A DNA stretch of 49,479 nt from Candidatus Methanophaga sp. AG-394-G06 (GTDB taxonomy: Archaea; Halobacteriota; Syntropharchaeia; Alkanophagales; Methanospirareceae), in assembly GCA_009903405.1 (NCBI GenBank), contig PRCZ01000005.1, positions 1-49,479 on the forward strand, written 5' to 3'. How positions within the stretch are numbered: position 1 is the stretch's first letter; every line of letters begins with the position of its first letter. A program made the translations under genes and the position numbers. The notes beneath the pieces were generated by a model. That model was not told the DNA's origin, made no database searches, and was given only the letters and a program-made list of their open reading frames with translations. Positions 26,621-36,746 of the stretch are shown piece after piece.

Positions 26621-29485
26621 TTATTTAGCATATTTCCCACGCCGATAAAACCTGCGTTTCAAAACCTCCTTCTCCGATTCGATGATAAGCCCGATCAAAT
26701 GCTCATTCACGGCCCCTTCTCCTTTTAAAATTTCACTTGCATCTTCCGGTTTAATCCCTTTACCCGCAAGTGTAACTAAAGCAGCCTTACCGTAGTTAGA
26801 AACCAACTCAGCCGATATAATCGCATCTTTAACCACTCTCCCCTCTTTTTTACTCTTCACTTTCCGTATCTCGCGCCTGACCAGCTCCTCATCCGCTTGT
26901 ACCGCACCTATGCGCTTCGATTCGCATTCCGGACATTGCACAGTATCCACATCATGTATCCGCGTTACCGCTACATACCTCCAGCAGTTTGTGCATACAA
27001 AAGTCAACGACTCGTCAAGCAACCTTGCTTTCACATACTTTATTATTACCTTATGCATCCTATCGGGCGGGATCAGCTCATAGCCCCTTTTTATTACCTC
27101 CACGATTCCCGCAACAGGGCTAACGCCATCACCTTTTAGCACACTGATTTTTAATTTGCCCGCGGTTATCTGTTTTAACAATCCGATAGTCTGTTTTATA
27201 TTCACATCCTTATCCTGAGCTTCTCTTATAGCTTCATCGAATACTGCAGAGCCATCAAAACTCCTTATCAGGTTGTCAAGGTCCAGATCACTCAATGACG
27301 CTTTCTTCGCTATAGCTCCAAATCGTCTCGCTACATGTATGAACCTATGCTTAAATAACCTACTTCGGACTAATGAGTCGATAGCGAGCTTTTCTATTGC
27401 TCCTGTTGATAGCGCTAAGATAATCGCCTCAACCTCTTCCGGCTCTAACTCGGATTCTGTTCTCAGCATTATCCTGTAAGGATCTTGCTGCACGCCCACG
27501 GGCGCACCTATCTTATCTGATATAACGGTAGCAAGGATCATGGCTAACGTCCGATTTACAAGCAGCCCGAACGAGCATTGCAAGATTATATATTCATTCC
27601 ACTGTTCGAGCGTTAACAGCTTATCTGTCGGTACGGGATAACCGCCTCTCTCTTGCTCTATAACTTCATCTAAAGCGCGGGTAATGGTCTGCTCGCTACA
27701 AGAATAGCGCTGTACGAGCTCCTTACCTATCTCGGCAACCGCCTTACCTGCTTCAAGCTCTTCTTCCAGACCGCCACGGATCTTACCTACCTCGTTCGCA
27801 ACAGGATAAGGAACCGGAATCTCCTCTCCTACCCAGCTTGGGATAGCACCAGTCGGATCCTCTTCGTGCTTTACGTATATCCTATCGCCATACACGTGCA
27901 ATATCTTCCATACACGACCACCTTCGATGAACTTGTTCCCTGCTTTGGCATATTCAGCAACAAAGGCTTCGTCCAAAACGCCTACGGGTTTGTCATCGTC
28001 GTCAATGACCAAGAACTGTCTTACTTCTGGAATCATGGACAAATGCTCGAAATAATAGTTATATAGCGGCTTTATCTGTTTTGGTCTCATGAATACCTTC
28101 TCTTCGGCAGAGAACCAGAGAAGCCGTGGTATTCGTGAATGCATATAGACCAAGACGGAGACTAATTCCTGCTCCTCAAGGTCCCTATAGGGGTATGCCT
28201 TTTTTATCAGTGCCAACGCTTCTTCAAAGCTCCATCGCCCTTGCGCCATAAGCAATCCCGCTATTTGATGTGCCAGAACGTCAAGCGGCTTCTCCGGTAT
28301 GCCAGCAGGCTCTAAATCATCTGTAAGAGCCTTACGACAGATCACTAGCGATTCCAGTGCATCGTCCGAATCCTGAACAACTATCGCACCATTTGCAATG
28401 CCACCTATCCTATGACCGCTTCTGCCGATTCTCTGCAGCAGCCTCGTCACCTGTCTCGGTGAGTTATACTGAATAACAAAGTCCAGCCGGCCGATGTCTA
28501 TACCTAGCTCTAAGGAACTCGTGCAGATAATACCTTGCAGTTTGCCGTCTTTAATACCTTTCTCTACGTTAAGTCGTGATGGCTTGGATAGCGAGCCATG
28601 ATGAACACCAACGAGGAAGTTCAAATCCCAGACCCGGAACCGGCTTCCAAGGATCTCTGTTATCGAGCGCGTATTTGTGAATATCAATGTTGATTTATGC
28701 TCTTCGACCAGTTTCTTCATCAACTGTAACCGAGCGGCGACTTCGGGATATGTATATAGCTCTTCCGCCAGCTTATAATCTTCCGAATCGGCTCGTGGAT
28801 AAAAAACCTCCACCGCTATTGACCTGGCTATCGGGACATTGATTATCTCGCATTCTCGTTGTGTCCCGACCAAGAATTTCGCCACTCGATCTGGCGAGCC
28901 TATGGTGGCGGATAATCCAATGACTTGGAAATCTGCTTTCTTAAGGTACCGAAGCCGTTCCAGTGCAAGAGCAAATTGAGTGCCGCGCTTGTCACATGCG
29001 AGTTCATGCACTTCATCTACGATTACCCATTTGACAACTGCTAGGTGCTGACGCATAATCCTACCCGGTATTATCGCCTGTAACGTCTCCGGTGTGGTAA
29101 TCAGAATATCAGGTGGAGCCATTGCCTGTGCCTCTCTTTCCCTATTCGAGGTGTCGCCATGTCTCACGCCTAACCTCAGGTCAAGTCGTTTACACCACCA
29201 TTGTAATCGTTCAAGCATATCCCTATTCAAAGCTTTCAGTGGCGTTATGTAAAGGACTTTTATTCCTGCACCTCGTTCTGTTCGGATTAACGCATCTAAG
29301 ACGGGTAAAAGTGCCGCTTCTGTCTTGCCACTCGCGGTTGGCGCAATCAATAATACGTTTTTTCCTTCTGTTATAAAAGGAATAGCCCTGGTTTGTGGTT
29401 CGGTGGGACTCGAAAACCCTTTTTCACCTATTGCTTTTTGAATGGGGCTCGAGAATAAGGAGTATACCGTGGGTTCTAGTTCCAT
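26621..29485 (-). CDS. lhr: Lhr-family SF2 helicase with C-terminal Cys motif
   Basis: APTASGKT, TTPETL, DEVH, LSAT, HHGSL, SLELGIDIG, QRIGRSGH; CTNC...CPEC near the C-terminus. Confidence 0.93.
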   Translation of the reverse strand: MELEPTVYSLFSSPIQKAIGEKGFSSPTEPQTRAIPFITEGKNVLLIAPTASGKTEAALLPVLDALIRTERGAGIKVLYITPLKALNRDMLERLQWWCKRLDLRLGVRHGDTSNREREAQAMAPPDILITTPETLQAIIPGRIMRQHLAVVKWVIVDEVHELACDKRGTQFALALERLRYLKKADFQVIGLSATIGSPDRVAKFLVGTQRECEIINVPIARSIAVEVFYPRADSEDYKLAEELYTYPEVAARLQLMKKLVEEHKSTLIFTNTRSITEILGSRFRVWDLNFLVGVHHGSLSKPSRLNVEKGIKDGKLQGIICTSSLELGIDIGRLDFVIQYNSPRQVTRLLQRIGRSGHRIGGIANGAIVVQDSDDALESLVICRKALTDDLEPAGIPEKPLDVLAHQIAGLLMAQGRWSFEEALALIKKAYPYRDLEEQELVSVLVYMHSRIPRLLWFSAEEKVFMRPKQIKPLYNYYFEHLSMIPEVRQFLVIDDDDKPVGVLDEAFVAEYAKAGNKFIEGGRVWKILHVYGDRIYVKHEEDPTGAIPSWVGEEIPVPYPVANEVGKIRGGLEEELEAGKAVAEIGKELVQRYSCSEQTITRALDEVIEQERGGYPVPTDKLLTLEQWNEYIILQCSFGLLVNRTLAMILATVISDKIGAPVGVQQDPYRIMLRTESELEPEEVEAIILALSTGAIEKLAIDSLVRSRLFKHRFIHVARRFGAIAKKASLSDLDLDNLIRSFDGSAVFDEAIREAQDKDVNIKQTIGLLKQITAGKLKISVLKGDGVSPVAGIVEVIKRGYELIPPDRMHKVIIKYVKARLLDESLTFVCTNCWRYVAVTRIHDVDTVQCPECESKRIGAVQADEELVRREIRKVKSKKEGRVVKDAIISAELVSNYGKAALVTLAGKGIKPEDASEILKGEGAVNEHLIGLIIESEKEVLKRRFYRRGKYAK

Positions 29486-29489
29486 ATTT

Positions 29490-29640
29490 GTATTTGTATA
29501 GCGGAGATTAAAAAACCACGAGATTCCACAAGATTAACACAAGAGATAGGGATTAATATGGGATAAAGTAGCTTATAAAGTACTGAAATCTTGTTACTTC
29601 CATTCTATCCGCGTAAAAAGCCGTGTGATCTTGTGGTTAG
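29490..29640. repeat. Hairpin-element family 1 copy
   Basis: GTATTTGTATA...AAAAAACCACGAGATTCCACAAGATTAACACA (like 1087-1139) ... CCGTGTGATCTTGTGGTT. Confidence 0.75.
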
Positions 29641-29746
29641 CTAAAGAATTGCAATTATACTTATAGTTTTCGTAAAAGTTATATAAAAGAACTAAACGGT
29701 ATCTTATATATAGTGTTCTTACCTAAAATATTTTGGACATATAAGC

Positions 29747-31216
29747 ATGACGACTATAACGCCAAAATCACTGTTGAATATCGTGAAAATAGACCTTAAG
29801 AGGGACCTGAACCCGCTACTAAACGAGATTCTTACTATTGTGGGACGAGAGATGCGTGCTCGTTCCGGGACTATTATGCTCGTCAATGAGGAGACAGGTG
29901 AACTTGAGATGGTTGCTACTTTTGGTCTTCCGGACGATTATATTGAAAAGGTTTACAGCGAGGGAGTGCCCATCACCACAAGCCCATCGGGCGTGGTTCT
30001 GAAGGCGGGGCGTTATTACCAGGTGCCTAATATCTTCGAAGAGCCTAGAGATAAACCCTGGTTGGACCTTGGACGTGAGTTAGGCATTTCGGCGCAGATA
30101 GTTATGCCAATGAAACGAAAGGACGAGGTTATAGGTCTGCTGAATGTCTATATGGCAAATCCCCATGAATTCACAGAAAGCGAGATTGCTTTTCTAACAA
30201 TAGCAGCAAGCCAAGCCGCAGCGGTAATCGAAAATGCTAGACTATATACCCGGATAGAGAATAAAAACGTGGAACTGGAGTACGAGATCAACGAGCGTAA
30301 GCGTGTGGAGGCGGCATTGCGGGAGAAAAAGGAACTATTGAGTAACATATTGGCTGGATCCGCTGTTGGGATAGGAGTTGTGGAAGATAGAAAGCTTAGT
30401 TGGACAAATGAAAGCATGATGAAAATGTTCGGTGTAGAAAATGAAGAAGATTATATTGGCCAAAGTGCAAAAATACTTTATGCGTCAGAAGAGGAATATG
30501 AACGAGTTGGCCAAATACTCCATAAAAATCGTACTGATAAAGTAGTCCAATTCGATGCACAACTTAAACGAAAAGATGGTTCCATCTTCTATGGCTGCAT
30601 ATTGATAAGCTTTTTAGATTTGTCTAATCCCATGAAAAAGGCTATTGCTACTATTTTGGATATATCATGGAGAAAGCATGCGGAAGTGGCACTTAAAAGA
30701 TCAGAAGAGCGGCTAAGGGTATTATTTGAATATGCACCGAATGCATACTTCCTGTACGACTTAGAAGGTAACATATTGGACGTTAATAAAGCCGCAGAGA
30801 GCATAAGTGGATATAAAAAGGAAGAAGTAATAGGTAAGAATCTTTTCAATCTGAAAATACTGCCCCCCGAGCAAAAACCAAAAGCAGATGCGTTTTTGGC
30901 TAAGCATGTGCAGGGGCAACCTCGTGATTCCGGTGAGCGTATCTTAACTCGAAAAGAGGGTAATAAGGTCATAGTAGAACTAAGAGCGTTTTCTGTAAAG
31001 ATAGAGGATAGAACTTTGGTGTTATGCTCGACCCTTGACATCACGGCGCGCAAGCGGGCTGAGGAGGCGTTAGTAACCAAAAACCGGGAACTGGTGCGTG
31101 AAATCAACAACCGCAGGCGAGTAGAGAATGCGTTGAAAAGAAGTGAACAAAAGTACAAGGAAATTACTGATTTCTTACCCGACCAGATTTATGAGTATAT
31201 ACGTATACTAAACTAA
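29747..31216 (+). CDS. GAF-PAS-PAS sensor protein lacking an output domain (probably truncated)
   Basis: GAF domain ending QAAAVIENARLY, PAS/PAC ends DISWRK and DITARKRAEE; stops a few residues into another PAS. Confidence 0.82.
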   Translation: MTTITPKSLLNIVKIDLKRDLNPLLNEILTIVGREMRARSGTIMLVNEETGELEMVATFGLPDDYIEKVYSEGVPITTSPSGVVLKAGRYYQVPNIFEEPRDKPWLDLGRELGISAQIVMPMKRKDEVIGLLNVYMANPHEFTESEIAFLTIAASQAAAVIENARLYTRIENKNVELEYEINERKRVEAALREKKELLSNILAGSAVGIGVVEDRKLSWTNESMMKMFGVENEEDYIGQSAKILYASEEEYERVGQILHKNRTDKVVQFDAQLKRKDGSIFYGCILISFLDLSNPMKKAIATILDISWRKHAEVALKRSEERLRVLFEYAPNAYFLYDLEGNILDVNKAAESISGYKKEEVIGKNLFNLKILPPEQKPKADAFLAKHVQGQPRDSGERILTRKEGNKVIVELRAFSVKIEDRTLVLCSTLDITARKRAEEALVTKNRELVREINNRRRVENALKRSEQKYKEITDFLPDQIYEYIRILN

Positions 31217-31218
31217 TC

Positions 31219-31266
31219 GTATTTGTAGCAAGCAAACCACAAGATTACACAGATTTTCACGAGAAA
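31219..31266. repeat. Hairpin-element family 1 single arm
   Basis: GTATTTGTA...AAACCACAAGATTACACAGATTTTCACGAGAAA; near reverse complement of 38580-38612. Confidence 0.75.
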
Positions 31267-31279
31267 ACAATAATATATA

Positions 31280-31480
31280 TCACTTTGACGCTAGCGAGGC
31301 AAGTTTGGCTACAAGGATGAATATTGCCTGTTTGTGATCTTCCTTACTCCTGTGCACCTGAAAAGGCGAGATGTCCAGCTCATTATACTCCGAGAAATCA
31401 CAGCCCAAATCATTTTCTTCACAATACCGCTTTATCTGTGCCAATAGCATATGCAGGTGTACTAGCTCTTCCTTTTTCAT
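31280..31480 (-). CDS. UPF0058-family small archaeal protein
   Basis: MKKEELVHLH...Y.ELDISP..VHRSK.DHK.AIF pattern. Confidence 0.85.
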   Translation of the reverse strand: MKKEELVHLHMLLAQIKRYCEENDLGCDFSEYNELDISPFQVHRSKEDHKQAIFILVAKLASLASK

Positions 31481-31715
31481 CTTCACACTTGGTCAGCGCA
31501 TTTAACTAGATAAGATCTACTTGTAATTGCAACTATTTAAAGTTTTCTATCTGCCGCCTCTGCATAGCTTAACAATCTCCAAAAGCATACCGGAATTTGT
31601 GCTGATCTGAATTGCCAATCAAGATAAAGGAAGAGGATACAGAGGTTAAAATTTTATGTGACCCCTTTCTTTATTTCTCCGCCTTTTCTTTTTGGTTGCT
31701 CCAAACCGTGAGCGA

Positions 31716-32831
31716 TCACTCCCCGCCTAAGAACGACTCCAGCATTTCCGGATCCACTCGCATATTCAGGATCCTGATGGGCTCTGCCTTCTCGTAAATA
31801 TTCTTCAAGTTACCCTGCTTCTTATACGAAGCAAGCTTCCTTACACCCTTTAGCTGCGATTCTGAAAGCTTCTTTGTTTCTATCACCCCTTCTTCTTCCG
31901 CTCGCTTCACCAGTTCCTTACCTGCATCACTTCTCGTTATCACAGTTGACCATCCAAATTCGGAGCCTATTGAACCAACCGACACATCCGCGAACTCGGC
32001 AGCAAAATCGTAGCAATAGTCGCACGCTTCACGCACGCAGTCACGCATATTCTTTATCGGCGTTTTTAGCTCTTTCCCCGCCTTTGTATAAACGATGAAA
32101 CTACCCTTCTTTATGTTGAACTTCTCAACATCTTCTATCTGCGTGCCCAACTCTAGCAGCTTATTTTTGAGCATAGGCATGTCAAAAGTTTCTGAGCAGA
32201 GTAGCCCAATCAGTAACTTCACCCTATCTGCACCGACATCAAATCCCTTTGACAGTTGTACCTTCCTCATACCCTGTATGTGACATGGCAACCCGACGAG
32301 AGCGACATTTTTATAGCCCTGCTCAAAAGCATCTCCAACACCTGATACAGAAGGGCACTGCGTATATTTCGATCCAGCAGCAGCTAATATGTCCGCCTTT
32401 TTTGTTGCTACGAACGGTTCCGCTACCCAGTCTTCAGATGTCTTTGATACCACCGCGGCGTCTATCTCACCGTGCTCAAGCAAGAATACGAGTAATGCAG
32501 ATACAACTCCGCCATCTTGTGCCTTCTCTATTATCGCTTTATCAGTCGCTCTTGCGGTCAATATATCCCCCTTGTAGTATCCCAAAAGGTTATCGGTTCT
32601 TATCTCGCCAAACACAGCCCGTTCTACTTCAAAAGGCGCGAAGAACGTCCGTGGACAGAAATCATAGCACGCACCGTGTATCTCATAGCATTTCTTCTTC
32701 GTCACGGGTATCTCATTCTCATAAGTTATGTATTCTTTACAGAATGCACCACAAGAGCCACAGTAGCAGCACAGACCGTTATATATCACTTCTGCTTCTA
32801 GATCCGTTATGTTCCCTTTCTCTTTTACCAT
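31716..32831 (-). CDS. FrhB/FpoF-family F420-binding flavoprotein with N-terminal ferredoxin domain
   Basis: CCYCGSCGAFC and C...GACYDFCP; AQDGGVVSAL, SKY, GLPCH, GLLCSE, ACDYCYD, ADVSVGS. Confidence 0.9.
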   Translation of the reverse strand: MVKEKGNITDLEAEVIYNGLCCYCGSCGAFCKEYITYENEIPVTKKKCYEIHGACYDFCPRTFFAPFEVERAVFGEIRTDNLLGYYKGDILTARATDKAIIEKAQDGGVVSALLVFLLEHGEIDAAVVSKTSEDWVAEPFVATKKADILAAAGSKYTQCPSVSGVGDAFEQGYKNVALVGLPCHIQGMRKVQLSKGFDVGADRVKLLIGLLCSETFDMPMLKNKLLELGTQIEDVEKFNIKKGSFIVYTKAGKELKTPIKNMRDCVREACDYCYDFAAEFADVSVGSIGSEFGWSTVITRSDAGKELVKRAEEEGVIETKKLSESQLKGVRKLASYKKQGNLKNIYEKAEPIRILNMRVDPEMLESFLGGE

Positions 32832-32836
32832 GGTAA

Positions 32837-33376
32837 TCACCTCTTTATACTTTCTACCAACTTCTTCAGCATATCCTTATACTCATCTTCCATCCTCGGC
32901 ATGATATTCGTAAAGCTCATCCGCGCATTCGGATGGTAATATCGGTCAATAGAAACCGTACGCATCAAAGGATCAGTCGCGAAATTCTTCAGACACGAAA
33001 GCATCTGCGATGCATAATAATAGATGATGCCATAGAAGATCACGAAATCGTAATTGCCCGCACCGTCCAGACCTTTCCAGTTTGGATCGCGTAAACAATT
33101 GGTGAGTTCATGCAAGTTGTAATAGTATACGTTCTCGGTGTATTTTTTTTCTACAAAACCTCTCATGCTGTGCCCCGTTGCTGCTATGGGTATTCCTTTT
33201 TTACCTATTTCTATCGCTATTTCTACAAAGAAATTGTCTCGCAGTATCTCTGAGCCAACCACGAGCAACGGTCTCCTTGCACTTGTTATATAACACCCTA
33301 TCACTTCCGGCGGTGCAATCCCGCCTATCTCCGGACCCGCGATACTCGCCACGTCAAACGGTATTTCTATTCCCAT
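32837..33376 (-). CDS. cdhB: CO dehydrogenase/ACDS epsilon subunit
   Basis: ARRPLLVVG, DPNWKGLDG.GNYD, LKNFA, YHPNA.MSF. Confidence 0.93.
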   Translation of the reverse strand: MGIEIPFDVASIAGPEIGGIAPPEVIGCYITSARRPLLVVGSEILRDNFFVEIAIEIGKKGIPIAATGHSMRGFVEKKYTENVYYYNLHELTNCLRDPNWKGLDGAGNYDFVIFYGIIYYYASQMLSCLKNFATDPLMRTVSIDRYYHPNARMSFTNIMPRMEDEYKDMLKKLVESIKR

Positions 33377-33389
33377 TTTTTTACCACCC

Positions 33390-35789
33390 TTATTTCTTTC
33401 CCCTTACCAATCTTTCTAAATTCGTCGGGTTAAACGAGGGGTTGTATCCCCTAATCGGTCCTTCCTCTATCTTCTTCTTCTTCCAATCTATCTTCCAGCC
33501 TTGCTCATCCTCCAGTTTCTTCAATAATTCGTTCCGCGTAGCAATAGGGAGGTCACTTGCAGCTCTTACGAAGAGATGCCAATCCGGCGGATATGCACTG
33601 AGATACTTCTGGTTGAGGTCTATGTAATGTGTCAGTTTTATAGACCGTCCACGATCTGTATCCGAAGGCCGAATGCAGAGTTTTGCCATCATCGGTAACG
33701 CTTCCTCCACCGTTTCACAGGCCACGAGCAAATCCTGCGGTCCCGGTTCGACATAAACCTCAGAACCGTCACTGGCATCTATTAGTTTCCAATCTTCTTT
33801 TCTGTCAGGGCGACTCATAAACGCTCTACGGTATTTCACACCATGAGGTCCTACCACCGCGGGAACTCCCAGCCTATTAAAGCCCGTAGCGATAGAAGCA
33901 GCCTTCTGCGACATCGCGCCCCACGCAACACCACATGCACCCACTCGGCTCAAAATATAATCTGCGATCTCTTCATAATTGCCCCTCAATGGCCGTCCTG
34001 CGAATATACTTGCCACTTTTATCGTGGCATCGTGTATATGCGCATTGGAAACGCACGAGCCTATGTTGATAACTCCACCGCCACTGAACCCGCCGTGATG
34101 CGCCTCGTATATCGTTTTCCCGTCTTCATCCTTCCAGAGCGCACAATCTATCGCCATGCAGCCTGTCAGCGCAACGATATAATTCCGTTCCGCAAACTCC
34201 TTCACGATAAGCCACGCATCCTTCGTGCCATTGGGATAATTGCCGCAGCCTATCGGTGCGATGATGCCGGGAATAGTTCCCAAGACTAGAGGGGCACCCG
34301 CTTCTCGTATCTCACTGTCCCATATCGGTCCCCTACCTATTCGCATCCGCCCTTTCTCTTCTTTCAACTGTGGATACGCCGCTTTTGTCATCACATCTAC
34401 AATCGGAATATGCTTCTTACATACCTGCTCACATCTGCCGCAGCCGACACAGATGTCGAACAAGTCGGCAAGTGGCTTTAGGTTGCCCGCGGCGGCACTT
34501 TTATTCGCCTCGCCAATATAAAGCCCGTTAGGACATGCAAGTGTGCAGCTCCCGCATAGGATGCAGTCATTCACGTAATATTTGAATTCGTCATCGCTGA
34601 GTATAAACTTTAGCGACCTTCTCTTCTTATCCATTTGGAGCGCAGTCCTCACCGCGACCTCACCTACCTGGTCAGGTTCGAGTATTATGACTCCGGGTAC
34701 CCGGCCGCTAACTAGGTCATCCACTATCTTATCCGGGTCATCGTCTGTGCGATCCACCAGCCCGTGCATTGCCTTGTCGTTCGTTGCGATCATAGGTGAC
34801 TGTACACGCTGGCAGAGTTCTAATACGTCTGCACGGATGCACTGCTCGTCTATCACGACAACATCAGCAATCCCCGCTCGTAGGACACGCAGTTGCCGGC
34901 CGAGCGCGGATACTATCTTCGCTTTTTTATACACTCGCGTGGTATCAATAGACGTGCAGCATATTCCACCGACTTCTACCTTGTCTTCCAGGTCGTTTTC
35001 CGTTAAATACACGCCTATATCCGCAGACGGCGGCACATTATGCCCAATAACAATAATAACGGGTTTATTCGTATCTATTGTACCTATACCCACATCAACA
35101 AAAGGCACGTCAGGTCCATCGCCCGGAAAGCCAGAAGGCATATCATAACACGCAATCTGGATAATATCCGCGGCTTCCTTGTTTAACGAGTCGAGCATAC
35201 CCATGTGTAACGCTTTCGACTCGAAGTCCATGTACGAGCCCTCCTGCCCGGTGTGAAGTGCATCTGCTAACTGAACTATCTGCTCTTCTACATAACTGAA
35301 TACTTCATCGTAATCGCCGATTGTCTTCGGTTTTATTCCGCATACCAACCGCGTTAAGGGTGCTTCTATATCCACTTCGGGTCCGAAATCTATCGGCACG
35401 TCTGGACCGAACTTCTTTATCATATCATGTAAAAGATGCCTACCATGACCACAATGTGCACTACAGCCCACCAAACAAGCAAGAAGGACCATCCTTCCTT
35501 GCTGCGCGTCCATCCTTATCCCGCATGCACCTTTTTTGTTACCCGTGAGGTCGCATTTACCGTATGTGCAAAGGCAGCACATGTCGCAAATAGGCGCATA
35601 AAACGGTTTGTAGCGGTTCAGAAGCTTGAAGTCCCAGTCTCGAAGCGTTGCGATGCGCGGCATTGGATGGGGCCCCATTGGCTCCCATTCTTCCTCTTCC
35701 TCGCCTTCATCCACTATCTCCCCTATGTGTATATCCACATTTTTCAAGTCGAAGACATCGACAAGCCCACCTTTTTTTATCTCTTCCAT
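33390..35789 (-). CDS. cdhA: CO dehydrogenase/ACDS alpha subunit
   Basis: WEPMGP, CDMCCLCTYGKC, GHN, GICCT, DEQC, two 4Fe-4S motifs, GSCVSN, SQKA. Confidence 0.97.
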   Translation of the reverse strand: MEEIKKGGLVDVFDLKNVDIHIGEIVDEGEEEEEWEPMGPHPMPRIATLRDWDFKLLNRYKPFYAPICDMCCLCTYGKCDLTGNKKGACGIRMDAQQGRMVLLACLVGCSAHCGHGRHLLHDMIKKFGPDVPIDFGPEVDIEAPLTRLVCGIKPKTIGDYDEVFSYVEEQIVQLADALHTGQEGSYMDFESKALHMGMLDSLNKEAADIIQIACYDMPSGFPGDGPDVPFVDVGIGTIDTNKPVIIVIGHNVPPSADIGVYLTENDLEDKVEVGGICCTSIDTTRVYKKAKIVSALGRQLRVLRAGIADVVVIDEQCIRADVLELCQRVQSPMIATNDKAMHGLVDRTDDDPDKIVDDLVSGRVPGVIILEPDQVGEVAVRTALQMDKKRRSLKFILSDDEFKYYVNDCILCGSCTLACPNGLYIGEANKSAAAGNLKPLADLFDICVGCGRCEQVCKKHIPIVDVMTKAAYPQLKEEKGRMRIGRGPIWDSEIREAGAPLVLGTIPGIIAPIGCGNYPNGTKDAWLIVKEFAERNYIVALTGCMAIDCALWKDEDGKTIYEAHHGGFSGGGVINIGSCVSNAHIHDATIKVASIFAGRPLRGNYEEIADYILSRVGACGVAWGAMSQKAASIATGFNRLGVPAVVGPHGVKYRRAFMSRPDRKEDWKLIDASDGSEVYVEPGPQDLLVACETVEEALPMMAKLCIRPSDTDRGRSIKLTHYIDLNQKYLSAYPPDWHLFVRAASDLPIATRNELLKKLEDEQGWKIDWKKKKIEEGPIRGYNPSFNPTNLERLVRGKK

Positions 35790-35927
35790 TTTTTACCCTC
35801 CTCTATCCCTATATTCCATCTCTTTCTTTTTACTTTTTAAGCTTTACGGTTTTTGTTTCTGCAGCGCCATTACTAACTCAAGTAATTTAGGAACCTAAAA
35901 CGGTTGCACTCGCGCTTCACAGCAGTA

Positions 35928-36047
35928 TCATAGTGAAAATAGTGCAATCACCGAACCAATCATTATAGCGGCCATTAATAAGCCCACTATCGCTTTCTGC
36001 CATCGCTTACTGCTGCTATCTTTCTCCACTCTTTTCCTTTTCACCAT
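35928..36047 (-). CDS. Small single-pass membrane protein (39 aa)
   Basis: MVKRKRVEKDSSSKRWQKAIVGLLMAAIMIGSVIALFSL; GAGGAGG upstream; basic N-terminus plus TM helix. Confidence 0.6.
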   Translation of the reverse strand: MVKRKRVEKDSSSKRWQKAIVGLLMAAIMIGSVIALFSL

Positions 36048-36305
36048 CTCTTCTTTTTACCCCTCCTCTTAAATTTTTGATTCCGTTGGTAAATATTAGA
36101 ATCGGACAATGAATATAAAGTTCCCTTGTTTATATAAATGAGTCTAAGACGCCTTATGTTATAGGTATTCCTGCAAATTTTAAGCTTTTTAACGATACTT
36201 CTGACAGCGTCTTTATATAGGTTATCCATAAAAGATTAATGTTATTAGTATTACTTGTTTAAGCTAAAGATGTGTATAGCTTAGCTCCATAGAGGGAAAA
36301 GAAGG

Positions 36306-36494
36306 ATGAGTACAGCAAAAGAAGAAGTACGAAAGATACTTGAGCAGATCCCCGATGACTCGTCGTTTGAGGATATCCCGTATTATATCTATGTGCGGGA
36401 GAAGATTGAGCGTGGGCTGGGAGATATAGAAAAAGGACGTATAATCGACCAGGAGGAGATTGAGCGAAGAATGAATAAATGGCTCGGAAAGTAA
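36306..36494 (+). CDS. Putative type II antitoxin (ParE/RelE partner)
   Basis: 62 aa, KIERGL.DIEKGR...EE pattern; overlaps the toxin-like ORF. Confidence 0.75.
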   Translation: MSTAKEEVRKILEQIPDDSSFEDIPYYIYVREKIERGLGDIEKGRIIDQEEIERRMNKWLGK

Positions 36495-36577
36495 AGTGGA
36501 CCGAGGCAGCTTGGAGCGATCTGGAAGAGGCTGCAGACTATATAGCCCGTGACTCACCACACTATGCTGCAGCATAA
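36479..36577 (+). pseudogene. Truncated ParE/RelE toxin
   Basis: MARKVKWTEAAWSDLEEAADYIARDSPHYAAA* is a typical ParE N-terminus, but only 32 aa. Confidence 0.75.
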
Positions 36578-36746
36578 AACTGTCGTGGCTCAGTCAGGGA
36601 TACCTGTCCTCTTAGCGCATTATAAACCATCTGATAACTTTTCATAAAACTGAGTATTTGACATTGAGATTTATTCGTCAATGATACAAAGAAAAAAATA
36701 TTCCCGCGTATTCCAACAATATCGTGGGGATACTATAAATTGTCGT

